Shown one piece after another: positions 50,159 through 64,000 of a DNA stretch of 64,000 bases. The position numbers and the translations under genes were made by a program. Below the pieces are notes generated by a model that searched no databases, had not been told where the DNA came from, and saw only the letters and a program-made list of their open reading frames with translations. The DNA comes from Eledone cirrhosa (Eukaryota): the NCBI GenBank assembly GCA_964016885.1, contig OZ024743.1, positions 189,658,001 to 189,722,000 on the forward strand, in the 5' to 3' direction. Each line of letters begins with the position of its first letter. Position 1 is the first letter of the stretch.

Positions 50159-51560
50159 TAACTCTGCCTTCTTTCTTAATTGTCTCTGTCCCATCCCTAT
50201 TTTCTAATCACTTTCACTTTGCTTCTCTTCCACTCTTTCTTTGTTTATTGCTCTGTTGTCTTCTTGCAACGATCTCTCTATTTTGTCCCTTCAATTTTTT
50301 AGGTAGCAGACATTTTGGATATGCTTTTTCAATTGCATTTCTTTCAGAAAAGTCTAAATTTGTCCATCTTATATATTTTAATTCAATCATAAATCTGTTG
50401 TTCAGAGATTTCTAGCAGTAATAATTTTATATATTTATCTTTATTTTCTTTGTCAAAAGACACCTGTTCATTTTTCTGTCCATTCTTTGTCATGATATTG
50501 TCGCATGTGCATTTTATTGATAGAGTAGTTCTACAAACTCTTGCAGAAACTGGTAATACAAGTGTAGTCACAACTTACTGTCCAAAATTGCATGCAGATG
50601 ATGAAATAGTGATGCAGTTGTCTGTTCATCTTATGTAAATGGTTCTCATGCACATTTTCTGCTGATACCATATCTATATATCCTCAATCTCAATGCATTC
50701 CCACTCATAAACTGCAATACCCATCCCTGTAGTAGCTCTTCTTGTTATCCAACTCCACCTTTTCTAAATCTTAAAACCCACACTCTATCAAAGGTCTTGG
50801 TCCACCTAGCCTCGCACTCTACTCTTGATCACTCCCTGAACCCTGACACACTAATCATAGCCCCCTAACAGCTGTTATCACTACAGTACCTCCAATCCTG
50901 CTGGAGAATTCCCCCTACCCACTACCCATTACCCTGTCAAACCCCTCCCCCACTTGACACCTGCCCATAATATAAACCCCACTCCTATCCATAGAACAGA
51001 GATGTCTCTTCAGTTTTAGTCAATGATGACAAACTCTCAAGTGTCTCTGTCATGATAAATTTACCCAGTACACACACTGTAAGGTTGATGGTGACAGGAA
51101 GAATACCATCCATTAGAAACCATATCATAAAGAGTTGAGAGGACCCTTTAGTTTTGTCACTGGTAAATATATATATATATAAATGTATAAAATTCAAATG
51201 AAAAAAAAATGTATTTAATCATATATTGTTGGAGAAACATATTCTGTACACATAAATATATAGACATATCATATTTTGGAAATGCCATGTTTTAAGGTAG
51301 AATAACTAAAATTCCTTATGGTGTCATTTCATAGCTACTAGAACTGGATTGAAATTTGATCTAAATAATCGATTATCGATTACCAAATATCGATTTTGTT
51401 AGAGCTCCGGGATATGTGGAACTAATTGTCAGCAGAAATCTTCTCATTGTAAGATCCAATAAAATACAAATTAACCTTTATATATGTCATATTCAGAGAA
51501 ATAGTAAATCCAGACCACACAGAATAAATTTATATTTAACAGTGATGGCAGATATATATA

Positions 51561-51889
51561 TCATCATTTCACGTCTGCTTTTCCCTGCAAGGGTGGGACG
51601 GGAACTGATTCTGGCTTGATTTCTACAGCTGGATGCCCTCCCTAACACCAACCTCATTTACAGTGAGTGCTGGGTGCTTTTTTGCCGTGGCTTCTCTCCA
51701 CGACCACTTTACAGTGGAATGATAGGGACCTTAAGACCCTATCATCTCATTTCTACAGCTGAGTAAACTGGAGCAATGTGAAATAAAGTGTCTTGCTCAA
51801 GGAAACAACACATCACCCAGTCTGAGAATTGAACTCACAACCTTTCGATTGTAAGGCCAATGCTCTAACCACTAAGCCATGTGCCTCCA
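51561..51889 (-). mobile_element. Family B SINE: tRNA head, body and RTE-derived 3' tail
   Basis: Minus-strand head TGGCTTAGTGGTTAGAGC...GAGTTCAATTCTC. The tail matches the RTE 3' UTR at 23431-23597. Confidence 0.9.
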
Positions 51890-53703
<1,814 letters not shown>

Positions 53704-53903
53704 NNNNNNNNNNNNNNNNNNNNNNNNNNNNNNNNNNNNNNNNNNNNNNNNNNNNNNNNNNNNNNNNNNNNNNNNNNNNNNNNNNNNNNNNNNNNNNNNN
53801 NNNNNNNNNNNNNNNNNNNNNNNNNNNNNNNNNNNNNNNNNNNNNNNNNNNNNNNNNNNNNNNNNNNNNNNNNNNNNNNNNNNNNNNNNNNNNNNNNNNN
53901 NNN
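53704..53903. other. Assembly gap (200 N)
   Basis: Run of N. Confidence 1.
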
Positions 53904-54007
53904 CAACCAAATGAAGCGACGAAGCATGGAAACGTTGAAGTCACTATCCACTTTTGTTTATTATTATATAAAAAAAACATGTAAACGAAATTTCATCGTT
54001 TTTCTTA

Positions 54008-54038
<31 letters not shown>

Positions 54039-54116
54039 ACGAAGGAAGTGTGGTAAGGAACCAGATGGACCATAACGCACTAGAGTACTCAATACTTAGG
54101 GTAGTAGAGTGGGTAA

Positions 54117-54198
54117 TAGGAACGAGTAGGAGCCCGACAGCAGAGCTCAAGCCGTCGAAACGGCTTGAGCTCTGCCGTCGGGGTTAAACTTTTTCCTA
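54117..54198. repeat. 82-bp palindromic hairpin element (half copy at 41722-41770)
   Basis: 39-bp arms around a CGAA loop; the inner 23 bp pair with a single mismatch. Confidence 0.9.
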
Positions 54199-54208
54199 TA
54201 CATATATA

Positions 54209-54306
54209 CAAGGTGTCCCCAAAACTTTATACACACTTCAACAGCATTCTAATAAATATTTCCTTTACAGGTTATCAAAGTGTGTATACATTTTTTGGAC
54301 ACCCAG
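54209..54306. mobile_element. Tc1/mariner-type MITE (98 bp)
   Basis: TA|CAAGGTGTCCCCAAAACTTTATACACACTT ... AAGTGTGTATACATTTTTTGGACACCCAG|TA, ~30-bp imperfect TIRs with TA flanks. Confidence 0.82.
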
Positions 54307-54713
54307 TATTTATATATAATGCAACTGGCTAGCCGCAAAATACGTATAGTTAGCACCCCAAACGTATAATTGTGATTATACTAAGGTATATCCTAATGTT
54401 TGTTGAGTGAGACGGAAGCCGGTAGGAGTATTGCTTAAAGCTTTCTCTGTTAATGTATTAAATATATATTTATATATACGATATTAAACAAATGGAAACT
54501 ATATTTATAAAACCATATTTATTTCATTATACATATTTCAGGGATAACCATATTAAAAATATGGCATGCCTTCGTCAGATAAAATACAATATATAAACAG
54601 ATCGTATATATACTCCAAAAACTTGTCGAGTGCTTTATATCAGTTATAAAATATTTACTTGTTGTAACCCAACAATTTTAAATAAAACTTTTGCATATAT
54701 TTATATATATATA

Positions 54714-55066
54714 TCATCATCATCATCATCATCATCATTTCATTTTACGTCCGCTTTTCCCTGCTTGCAAGGGTGGGACGGGAACTGATTCTGGCTTGAT
54801 TTCTACAGCTGGATGCCCTTCCTAACACCAACCTCATTTACAGTGAGTGCTGGGTGCTTTTTTGCCGTGGCACCTCCACGACCACTTTGCAGTGGAATGA
54901 TATGGACCCCAGTCCCTATCATCTCATTTCTACAGCTGAGGAAACTGGAGCAATGTGAAATAAAGTGTCTTGCTCAAGGAAACAACACATCACCCGGTCT
55001 GAGAATTGAACTCACAACCTTTCGATTGCAAGGCCAATGCTCTAACCACTAAGCCATGTGCCTCCA
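54714..55066 (-). mobile_element. Family B SINE, second close copy
   Basis: Highly similar along its whole length to 51561-51889; (GAT)n tail. Confidence 0.9.
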
Positions 55067-55081
55067 TATATATATATATAA

Positions 55082-55572
55082 TGTACAGCCACCGGAAATA
55101 ACATCTGTGAAATATACAGCGCCATCTACCTGTTAGCTAGCTACCTCACCGTGAAACAAACAGCCCTTAGAAACTACCAGAATAAACACCTACACAGCGG
55201 CTAAACATCAAACGATTATTTCTGTATAAATAGAGTGGTTCCAAACACTTCGCCAGTCGACAGAGTCAACTCGCGTATCGTTGTCCCCTGCCTCTGCCAC
55301 GCTTTGTCACTCACACACGCCTTGTACCTCGTATCGTCGCTTCATGTGAAAATAAATAGCTGATCGAATTTACATCTCGCCTTGCTTCGTCCTTTCAACT
55401 TGTGCTTTCGTCTGTCCATCCTCAACAGTTCTTTTAAGGGCTATATGCGACAACAGTCCTTTTAAGTGCTATCTTCAGATCTGATCAGACCGTATGCGAT
55501 AACAGTCCTTCTAAGGGCTATTCTCAGATCTGATCAGAAGTAGTGACCAGACTGACTAACCACGTCGCTACA
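55082..55572 (+). mobile_element. Probable solo LTR (491 bp) inserted in (TA)n
   Basis: TGTA...TACA termini, TATA-like TATAAATA at ~55225, AATAAA at ~55352, CpG-rich, with three internal AACAG(T/C)CCTT.TAAG.GCTAT-like repeats. Confidence 0.65.
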
Positions 55573-56029
55573 TATATATATATATATATATATACATACA
55601 AATGGAAGCTTAGTAAAATCGAAGCTTTGGCTGCGGCCAAGCAAAATCGACCTACAATTAGGATTGTGTAGCAAAGCACTCAATAATGGTAGGACCTCAG
55701 TGTAATAACATTACGTTTAGATAGCTTGACAAATGGAATATTGCGGCAGGCAATTCCCAGCCATACAATACCAAAACAACAAAAAAACTAATCAGGTTAT
55801 ATATATATATATTGAACAATGAACTCAAATAGCGACGTTTAGTGTTTAATTAGTTCATTGTTTTACGATCGTTTCAGAAGGTTGATTGATCATGATAAAT
55901 TGATATAGTGACTTATAGCTCGTGACAGAGCTCAATGAACCATGAAACAGATACCCAAAACACGTCTGATTTATACAAAGCTTTGTGGCTGCATCGAAGT
56001 TCCTTCTAAGTATGTTTAGAGCAGTGTGT

Positions 56030-56470
56030 AATGGGAACCAACCTGCGTTATAGCAGCAAGCAAGCAGGTGCAGTCTCCAAACTCATGAACAGCTCCACAA
56101 CAGCATCCGTGTGGCTCATACCTCCCCCACCAAAGTCCCCAGCCCACACTGTAACGTAGTCGGGATCACAACACAATGATAAGTACCCAGCCCACACTGT
56201 AAAGTGGTCGTGTAGGTGTCATGACAAAATGTACCCAGCCCACACTGTAAAGTAGTTGTATAGGTGTCACAAGAAAAAGCACCCAGTACTCACTGTAAAT
56301 GTGGTTGGCGTTAGGAAGGGCATCCAGCTGTAGAAATCAAGTCATAAAGCAGTTCTGTATGAGTAAATTATGGTCACCTGACCTGGCATTTCTCACAACA
56401 GGAAAACTCGTCTAACCCATGCTAGTATTGAAAATGGACTTTACACAATCATGATGATGATGATGGTGCT
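56030..56470 (+). mobile_element. RTE LINE 3' UTR with repeated CCCAGCCCACACTGTAA modules and (GAT)n tail
   Basis: Same 3' architecture as the other RTE copies. Confidence 0.8.
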
Positions 56471-56480
56471 GATGGTTGTG

Positions 56481-56527
<47 letters not shown>

Positions 56528-56539
56528 TTCTGCTAGAGA

Positions 56540-58145
56540 ACAGGTTGCAGGTGGCAGATTGTAATATGACCACCAAATATGGTGTTTAGTTTATAAGTGG
56601 ATTTCATCGGGATGGATAGACAACTCCGGATCAAACAGCAGTAAGCTACTAAGGGAGATGTTGCAATGGGTGACACTGTTACTTCACAAGAAAACTTTCA
56701 CAATGCAGCAATATAATTATGGTAAGGCTAGTAAATGAAGCCTCAAACGAAGCCTAGTCTTTGTGGATCTGAAAAGTTTACTAAATTAGTGATTGGCTTG
56801 TATAAGACCATCAAAACCTGCAGTATCGTCAAATGAAATAAAAGCAATCATATCATATCATCCTTTGTGTGGGGTAACAAGGGATACATTCAGACTTTAG
56901 GAAGAAGGGCATATTCAATAAATATATTGCAGTCTCCATCCAACATAAAAAAACTGTCCTGGGGGGGTGTGAAATGGAGGTACAAATGAAAGTTGAAAGA
57001 GAGTCCTGATGGGGGCAAATTTTAACAATTGGCATCTGGTAAGGAGCAAGAAGTATTGGAGGAGGCTAGATATAGTTGGAATTTCATCAACCATGTTCTG
57101 TGACTCTGGTTCAGTAGATTTGGATGGATGATGGAAACTCCATTATTCAGTTTAGTGCCAAAAATGACTGCACAGGTGGGAGTGGGGATACTCACAATTT
57201 CCATTGTGTTGAAATGTGTTATGGACTGGCTCCAATTATGAGGGAGGATTTGCCTAATGAAGCTGAGGCTGAAAGAAAGGTTTCAGTGGATGATGCAAGG
57301 TTACATGTCAAACAGAAAGTATGAATATAGATCCTTTCTTGATGAAGTCACTGCAGTACTAGATATAGTTAAGACTGAATAATAAATCCTAATAGGTGAC
57401 TTCAGTGCACATTTTGACACTGATTACCTTACATGGAAAGGAATGACAATCCCAATCTTAATGCAAATGTAGAGACCTTAGACGGCTGTTCTTATAATGA
57501 GCTCTCTATTATAAACACCTTCCAGCACAAAGACATATATGTACATGGTATAAGGGAAATTGAGGACAGAGATCAGTAATCAAATTTTTATTGTTTGATC
57601 TCTTTGATTCTGTGCTGGATGTTTATGTTAAGAAAGTTGAGCTGTCAGCTGATCACCACAAAGCTTACAGTCTGCTACCTCGTACTACCTAAAGTCAAGA
57701 ATTTCTACAAAGTTTGCAGGTAAAGGATGAAGTGGGAACCACTGGATGATGAGGAGGTCCGGACAAATTATGCAAATACCATTGCATCCAAAATGAGAGA
57801 ATTCCCTGAACAAACTGAGGTCTTTGGTATGAGTGGAAGACTGTTCAGCTTGGCAGTTTCTGTTTCAGCCGTAACATGCGGTATGGCAATACATGACAGG
57901 AGGAACCATAATTCAATCCAGAGACTAATGAAGCCATCCAAGCAGAGAAGGCTTACAAAGCTTGACTTGGAAAAAAGTCTTTCTTCTTCTTCTTGAGACA
58001 CAAGCATGTGCAAAAAGTCAAAGCAGCAACAGTAATGGCATCCAAATTTAAGACTTGGAAGGACATGGAAGTTAAGCTGGAATTCAACTTTAGATATCAG
58101 CAGATAAGTTAATCTTGCTACACATCCATTGAATTTGTAATCAAA
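56540..58145 (+). mobile_element. Heavily decayed APE-type LINE (probably RTE) 5' region
   Basis: Remnants ILIGDFSAHFD, INTFQHKDI and SADHH in endonuclease order; many stops. Confidence 0.55.
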
Positions 58146-58811
58146 AGTCCCCCTCCATACCTGCTCTATTATTTTTTGAGCTTCATTTATACAAATTATA
58201 TTTAGGTATGTAGCGGCCCCTTACGGCTGTAACTCAGCACGTATAGGAATTGCGTCCCTTTGCAACATCATTACTCATCAATAAGCATTAGTTTTACAAT
58301 ATTTAAAACTTTTTCAAGAAAATTTATCTTGTGTTGTTATCAAAGCCTAGAAGCATCTAAAATTTACAGCCAAAAAAGACATGCTTATATTTAAAAAACT
58401 ATGTGCTTTTAGCATCATATGTATATATATATGTGTGTGTGTAGATATGTATTTATAATCATCATCATCACCATTTTTCTAGGTAGGTTAGCATGGGCTA
58501 GATGAGTTGTCATGTTGTAGTAAGCCAGATCAGGTGACCAGTTTTGCTCATACAGAACTCTTTCCGGCTTGGTTTCTACAGCTAGATGCCCTGCTTAACA
58601 CCAACCACATTTACAGTGTGGTCTGAGCCCTTTTTGTCATGTCATCAATATATATATACACACACATACATCCACACACACACAAACACACACACACACA
58701 CACATATATACATATACATATATATGCACATATATATACATGGGTTATGGCTGCCCCTTTCCTTCTAGAACTAAGCAATAACCCTTAAAAAATAATCTAT
58801 TGCATTTTTAG

Positions 58812-58917
58812 GTACGTCAACATTTTTGCTGCTGTCTATTATAAGTTTGAAATGGAATAAAACTAAATCTATGAGACAAAAAGTACAGACTGGTATGGTG
58901 TGTACATGGGCTGTAAG
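58812..58917 (+). CDS. DUF1295 (steroid 5-alpha-reductase-like) membrane protein, internal exon A: (G)TSTFLLLSIISLKWNKTKSMRQKVQTGMVCTWAV(R)
   Basis: TTTTTAG| acceptor and AAG|GTGAGT donor; phase 1 to phase 2; RQ.V.T..V..W..R motif of the family. Confidence 0.88.
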
Positions 58918-59588
58918 GTGAGTAAATCTTTAACTATGTGATTTATTATTTGTTTATTTGTTAGATCCATTTTGTTGTAGTGACTACATGTCGTCTAGTA
59001 GTTATAGTGTTTGGCTTACAATTAGAAAGTCCTCAACGAAAATAATGCTCAATCTGGTATAACAGAGCTTATTTAATTTATATTAAAATTTCATACACTT
59101 AATATTTATGTGCGACCTTAAGTTTTGTGTTCCAGTTATGGCTACCACTGAATAGTGGAGGAGCCATTCTGAAACTGGCCTTTCTGGAAGGTGGAAGGTG
59201 GAAGACAAATCAAAAGATTTGCCATTACTTTATGAAAAATTGTCATGATTGTCAAATTACAATGCTAGAATAGACTTCTCAAATCATTTAATAGACTTAT
59301 AAATGTTTCAATACAAGTTATTTAACAAATATTTATGTTATTAGTAATAACATAAGTATTTGTTAAACAACTTATTACATTAGTATACAAAAATATATTG
59401 AGCATAACAAAGCATTATCAAAGACATCTTCAGAGGCAATGTAAATGATTATACATTGATCTAGTAAACAGCAAGCCCAAAAGAAAAACTTTGTTGTGTT
59501 TTCAGAGGATATCTTTAATCTATTAATATATATAATTATTCATTCATTTGTATACAATATGTATATATATATATATATATCCCATCAG

Positions 59589-59695
59589 GCTTGGTCTCTT
59601 CTTGGTAACAAGGATTTTAAAAGCTGGATCTGACTCTCGGTTTGACAATGTGAAAACTCAACCATTGAAATTCTTGTTATATTGGACAATACAAG
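59589..59695 (+). CDS. DUF1295 protein, internal exon B: (R)LGLFLVTRILKAGSDSRFDNVKTQPLKFLLYWTIQ(G)
   Basis: CATCAG| acceptor and AAG|GTAAAG donor; phase 2 to phase 1, in frame with both neighbours; RLG.FL..RI...G.D.RF motif. Confidence 0.92.
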
Positions 59696-59939
59696 GTAAA
59701 GTTTGTTCAACTATTACTTTAGATGTTTTCTTTCATTTGACTTCAATGCACTTCACTTTTTATCCATTTCTTCATGCTGGTATGAGTTGGGCTAGTCATA
59801 ACTGATCAAATCAGTAATTAATCAGAGCTAATGACCTCTGAGATGGGCCATGGACCTGCATCTTGCATACATACATACCAGAACTTAACAGTGAACTGGG
59901 TGCATTTTATTATGCTACAAGAATATTAGTACTGGAGTC

Positions 59940-60245
59940 TCCTAATCATTAAAACATCTTCTAAGAAACCTCTTATGATATGCAACCTTGTAGAAAGTAA
60001 GCTAAACATATAAAAGTGTGAGCTGTAACCTCAATATCATAGGACTATGAACCCCATTGTTAAAATAACCAAGAAAGCTCCTATAAGATACAACCTCATA
60101 GGAGGCCAGCTAAATCCACATAGGTGTGAGATCTAACAGCATCAACATGATAGGACTAGTGCCCCAATCATTAAAATACACAAGAATCTTCATATAAGAT
60201 ATAGCCTTGTAAAAGCCCAGTTAAACCTGTATAGGTGTCAATCTC
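59940..60245. repeat. Diverged intronic tandem repeat, ~111 bp x about 2.7
   Basis: TTAAAA..AAGAA..T.A.GATA..A.CCT modules at about 59949, 60060 and 60171. Confidence 0.7.
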
Positions 60246-60267
60246 ATTTTCGTTCCTTTTTCTACAG

Positions 60268-60440
60268 GTGTCTGGATTTTGACAACTTTGATGCCAACTT
60301 TTATTCTGAATTCAAAAATGGATGACAAACGTCTTGGATGTCAAGATTATGCTGGATGGACACTGTGGGCAATCGGATTTTTGTTTGAATCCATTGCAGA
60401 CTACCAGAAATCCAAGTTTCGGGCAGATCCTTCAAACAAG
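60268..60440 (+). CDS. DUF1295 protein, internal exon C: (G)VWILTTLMPTFILNSKMDDKRLGCQDYAGWTLWAIGFLFESIADYQKSKFRADPSNK
   Basis: Strong polypyrimidine acceptor TTCCTTTTTCTACAG| and AAG|GT donor; phase 1 to phase 0; D..GW..W..GF..E..AD.QK..F..DP.N motif. Confidence 0.93.
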
Positions 60441-60814
60441 GTGTCTTGATAATTGTATCTTTAACAATGAAATGTCAAACATACACACACATATAATTAT
60501 ATATTAACCCTTTTAATATCATACTGCTTTGATACCAAAGTTATACCAAAGCATTTATATTTATCTAAATGCCTTCCATAGGTGGCAAATCGGAAGCGTC
60601 GGGTGAATGTCAGATATTATGCTTTACAGTATTCATTACAGCTCTTTCAAATTCATGCAAGGTCAACGATGCTTGTCATCCTTTTGAGGTCAATGAAAAA
60701 ATGTATCAGTCCAGTCAGGGCTAAATTTAAACCTTCACGTGCCTGGAACATCTCAGGTTTGGTGGGCCCCTCATATAACTACTTGCATTTTAAAGCCTGC
60801 TAAAGGTTGACATA

Positions 60815-61260
60815 GCATGCCCTATCACAATTCTCTACACTTTGCCATAGTGACTGCATTCTCCCTCAATAACAGTCTGGTTGTCATTTTCGCCACCATC
60901 ATCCCCAGTCATAAATGTTTTGGTCTTCCTCTTTTTCTAACTCCCTTCTCACTGATTTCCATGTCTCCTCTTATCCAATCACTTACATCCTTCCTCTACA
61001 TATGACCCAACCATGTCATTCCATTTGTCTTAACATCCATCATTAGCTCTATTTCCATCATGCTCTGCAATTTATTATTTGTTATGCTCACTCTAAGCAA
61101 TACTCCACTCATCCATTTTACCATCTCTACTACTCTACATCTTGAGTGAGGAATGTATATGTCTAGCGCCCATAAATCATAACACTTCTCATACACAGTT
61201 TACATCTTTCCCATCAGTTTCAATGACATTCCTCTCCTCATTAACATGCTTCTCATTTTT
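60815..61260 (-). mobile_element. Degenerate RTE-like LINE 3' fragment
   Basis: Minus-strand MVKWMSGV, TWLGHM and RGRPKHL remnants. Confidence 0.55.
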
Positions 61261-62267
61261 GTGTAAGGGTCCCTCATAGACATAATTTAAAATACACAGC
61301 ACACTAAATTTACATATCAAAATCCATTTCATGCATGAAATTGTAATTAACAATTTACAATACAGTATTTAAATGTAAAGAAAAACTGAATTTCTCATTA
61401 TTAAGCAGGTGTTTAGAACATAATATAATAAAGGTTTTTTCCTAAAATTATTATGGAAGGTTTTTAAATAATTTTAAACACCTTGAAACAGCTTTGTATT
61501 GTAGAACCAGTTTCATGGGATTTGGTTTCAACAGTGCTAATAGCTTTTCAAACTATATTTCAGTGGAAAGGTTAGATTTTAGAATTCAACAATTAAAATA
61601 CACGTATTTTAAATATATATTTCATCAAATTTTCACAATGGTAAATCATTTACTTACATGTTAGTAGCAAGTAAACATTGTAGCAAATGGTTTGCTCCCT
61701 TTAAAAAAAGAGAGGGGAGAGAGAGAAAGAGAAGATAGCAGAAACTGAATAAAGAAAAAAGGATTACATATTGCTTTGGTGGCTGCCAACTCGTTCACTA
61801 CCAGGTCATGAGGTCAAATGATGGAGAGAGCAAAGAAATGGTCATTGTGTACATACATATGTACACATACATATGAATATATATATTATCACATTAAGTA
61901 ACATACACATATACATACACTCATACACATGCATACATATACACCACCTTCCATTACCTTCACCGACTGGTGTCCCTAAAGTAAAGAAATGTTGATAAAT
62001 TGCCACAAAAGTGTGTGTGTGTGTAGGGGGGGGGGGGGCTGTATAGTTTAAAGTGTTTATATTTATCTAAAAACCCCTCATCAGAATTATATGTATGAAC
62101 GTTTGTTAAATTTTGTCCCAAAGACCAGCTTAATAATGAGAAAGTTAGCTATTCTACTGCATCCATTCAAATTCTTGATTATTTTCAAAATTATTTGAAA
62201 ACCATAGGCCGTTTCTTTCATTAAAAATATGGTAATATGTTGATGATGTAACAAAAGAAGTAATATA

Positions 62268-62472
62268 GTTTTCTGATTTAGGCACAAGACCAGCAAATTT
62301 TGGGGGAGGAAAGCTGATTACATCGAACCCAGTGTGTTACTAGTACTTTATTTTATCGACCCGGTAAGGATGAAATGTAAAGCTAAGCACAGTGGGATTT
62401 AAACTCAGAATATAAAGGGATGTAACTCTCTGCCATAAAGCATGTTCGATGCACTACCAATTCACCAACCTT
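62268..62472 (-). mobile_element. Family A SINE with imperfect ~15-bp TSD
   Basis: SINE core plus CAAAAGAAGTAATAT / CAAAAGAGTTAATAT flanks. Confidence 0.8.
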
Positions 62473-62561
62473 CAAAAGAGTTAATATTTTATGTATAATG
62501 TAACAACAATCAAAGAGTAACTGAAAAAGCACTCAATACATGTGTTTTTGTGTTTATATAT

Positions 62562-64000
62562 ATAACCCCACATTTAATGATCATAAAAATAACTTCGAAA
62601 CTGACCCCACTATTAGATTAATATGCCCAACGAAATCGGATATAGGTAGAATTAGCAAGTATATACTAGATAGAATAATAGCACAAATTAAAGACAAACT
62701 AATAATTAAGCTATGGGGTAACACTAACGAAGCAATAGATTGGTTTAGCAAAATAGACAATAAGGAAACATCCGACTTCATACAGTTTGACATCAATGAC
62801 TACTAGTCCTCCATTTCCCTGGTCACCCTAAATAAGGCACTAACCTTAGCACAGAAAGACTCGGACTTATCCCCTGATGAAATTAGAATAATACTAGCTG
62901 CTAGGAGAACTATCATTAGGTTCGATAATAGTTACTGGGAAAGAAAAAAACAAACAGAATAGCTTCGATATCACTATGCGATCTAGCAACTCACCTCAGG
63001 TAACAGACATAGTTGGAATATATATATAGCGCATAACTTACATAAGGAATTTAATAACCTCCAAGGAGGAATTTATAGAGACGATACACTCCTTTTAGCT
63101 AAAAACTTAAATAATCAAAACTTGGAATGATTAGGAAAAAACAGAATCTTCTTCAATAAACTAGGCATCACTTTCGAACTTAACTCTAAAAAAGCTAACT
63201 TCTTAGATGTAACACTCAACCTAAACTCAGGACTAATAGAGCCATTCCATAAAAATAACGAAAATCTAGGATATATTAGTATAACTCAAACTACCCTCGC
63301 TCCATAATTAACTCCTTAGCACATAGTGTATCCCTCAGAATTTCACGCTTATCTTCTAACCTAGAGATTTTTAATGAACACGCAAAGTACTATAACATAG
63401 CTTTACTTAAGGCAGGCTACAAGGAGAGGCTCAAATACATACCAGATAGAGACAACAACACACCTAATGACAGCTACACCACCCACACCTATAAAAATAG
63501 CAAATATAGGACTAAGCATAGAAATAGACAACAAGCACTAGAAATAAAAATGAACCGAATACTAATATAAGGACCCCTAGGAACTATAGAAAATCCAGAG
63601 ATAGGAAATACTTATGGTTCAATCCAATATTCAACTCCTCTATAAAAACTAAACTACCTTCTGCATTCTTTAAACTAATTGACAAGCACTTCCCTAAACT
63701 TCACAAATACCATAAAATCTTTAACAGAAAAACTATCAAACTATCTTACTCTACTGCAGCCAACATAGAATCACACATACATAAAATTAACTATAGAAAA
63801 ATCTCTAATGAAAATAACCTACAAACATACAGCATAACACCAAATACAAAACACAAAACAACATCACAACCACACACAACAGAACGCATCACAACAAAAC
63901 ATCAACAAACCTAAATCTCAACCCATATATAACAATATACAAAACCACAATGGAGAACCTGCACACAAGAGGGCCTCCAAATGTAACTGCCACTTACCGG
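62562..64000 (+). mobile_element. Penelope-like element RT fragment, 5'-truncated, continuing past the window end
   Basis: DHKNNF..P..RLICPTKSDIGRISK.ILD, FIQFDI, GIYRDD, NFLDVTL, WFNPIFN and a terminal CNCH preceding the expected GIY-YIG domain. Frameshifted. Confidence 0.9.

Noticed and set aside
50160-50670. Minus-strand open frames of 30-65 codons
   Set aside because: No homology recognised and weak splice context.
51820-51889. tRNA-like sequences at SINE heads (also 45085, 49470, 55000)
   Set aside because: A/B boxes are present but no complete cloverleaf, and each runs into a SINE body; not tRNA genes.

Overview
AT-rich, microsatellite-dense eukaryotic (animal) genomic DNA. The SINE and RTE repeat landscape and the (TA)n/(CA)n/(CAT)n density suggest a coleoid cephalopod such as Octopus; this is an inference, not a database result. 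Most of the window is transposon-derived. It holds a decayed Helitron with an intact 3' hairpin/CTAG end (1.27-4.72 kb), a hAT element nested inside another hAT with both TIR/TSD sets readable (6.2-13.2 kb), mariner and Buster-like hAT relics, RTE, CRE, R4/Dong and Penelope retroelement fragments, a probable solo LTR, several MITEs and two tRNA-derived SINE families. The only well-supported host gene is three consecutive in-frame exons of a DUF1295 (steroid 5-alpha-reductase-like) membrane protein at 58.8-60.4 kb on +. Its first and last exons were not located. The most interesting signals are a hammerhead-ribozyme-like core isolated inside a (TA)n tract (24.46 kb), a PHD-like C4HC3 finger embedded in the RTE reverse transcriptase, a SINE sharing its 3' end with a local RTE LINE, SINEs repeatedly inserted at one target site, and long inverted repeats and hairpins. 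I see no clearly new multi-gene system. Nearly all ORF-track entries are TE fragments or microsatellite artefacts. All coordinates were read by eye.
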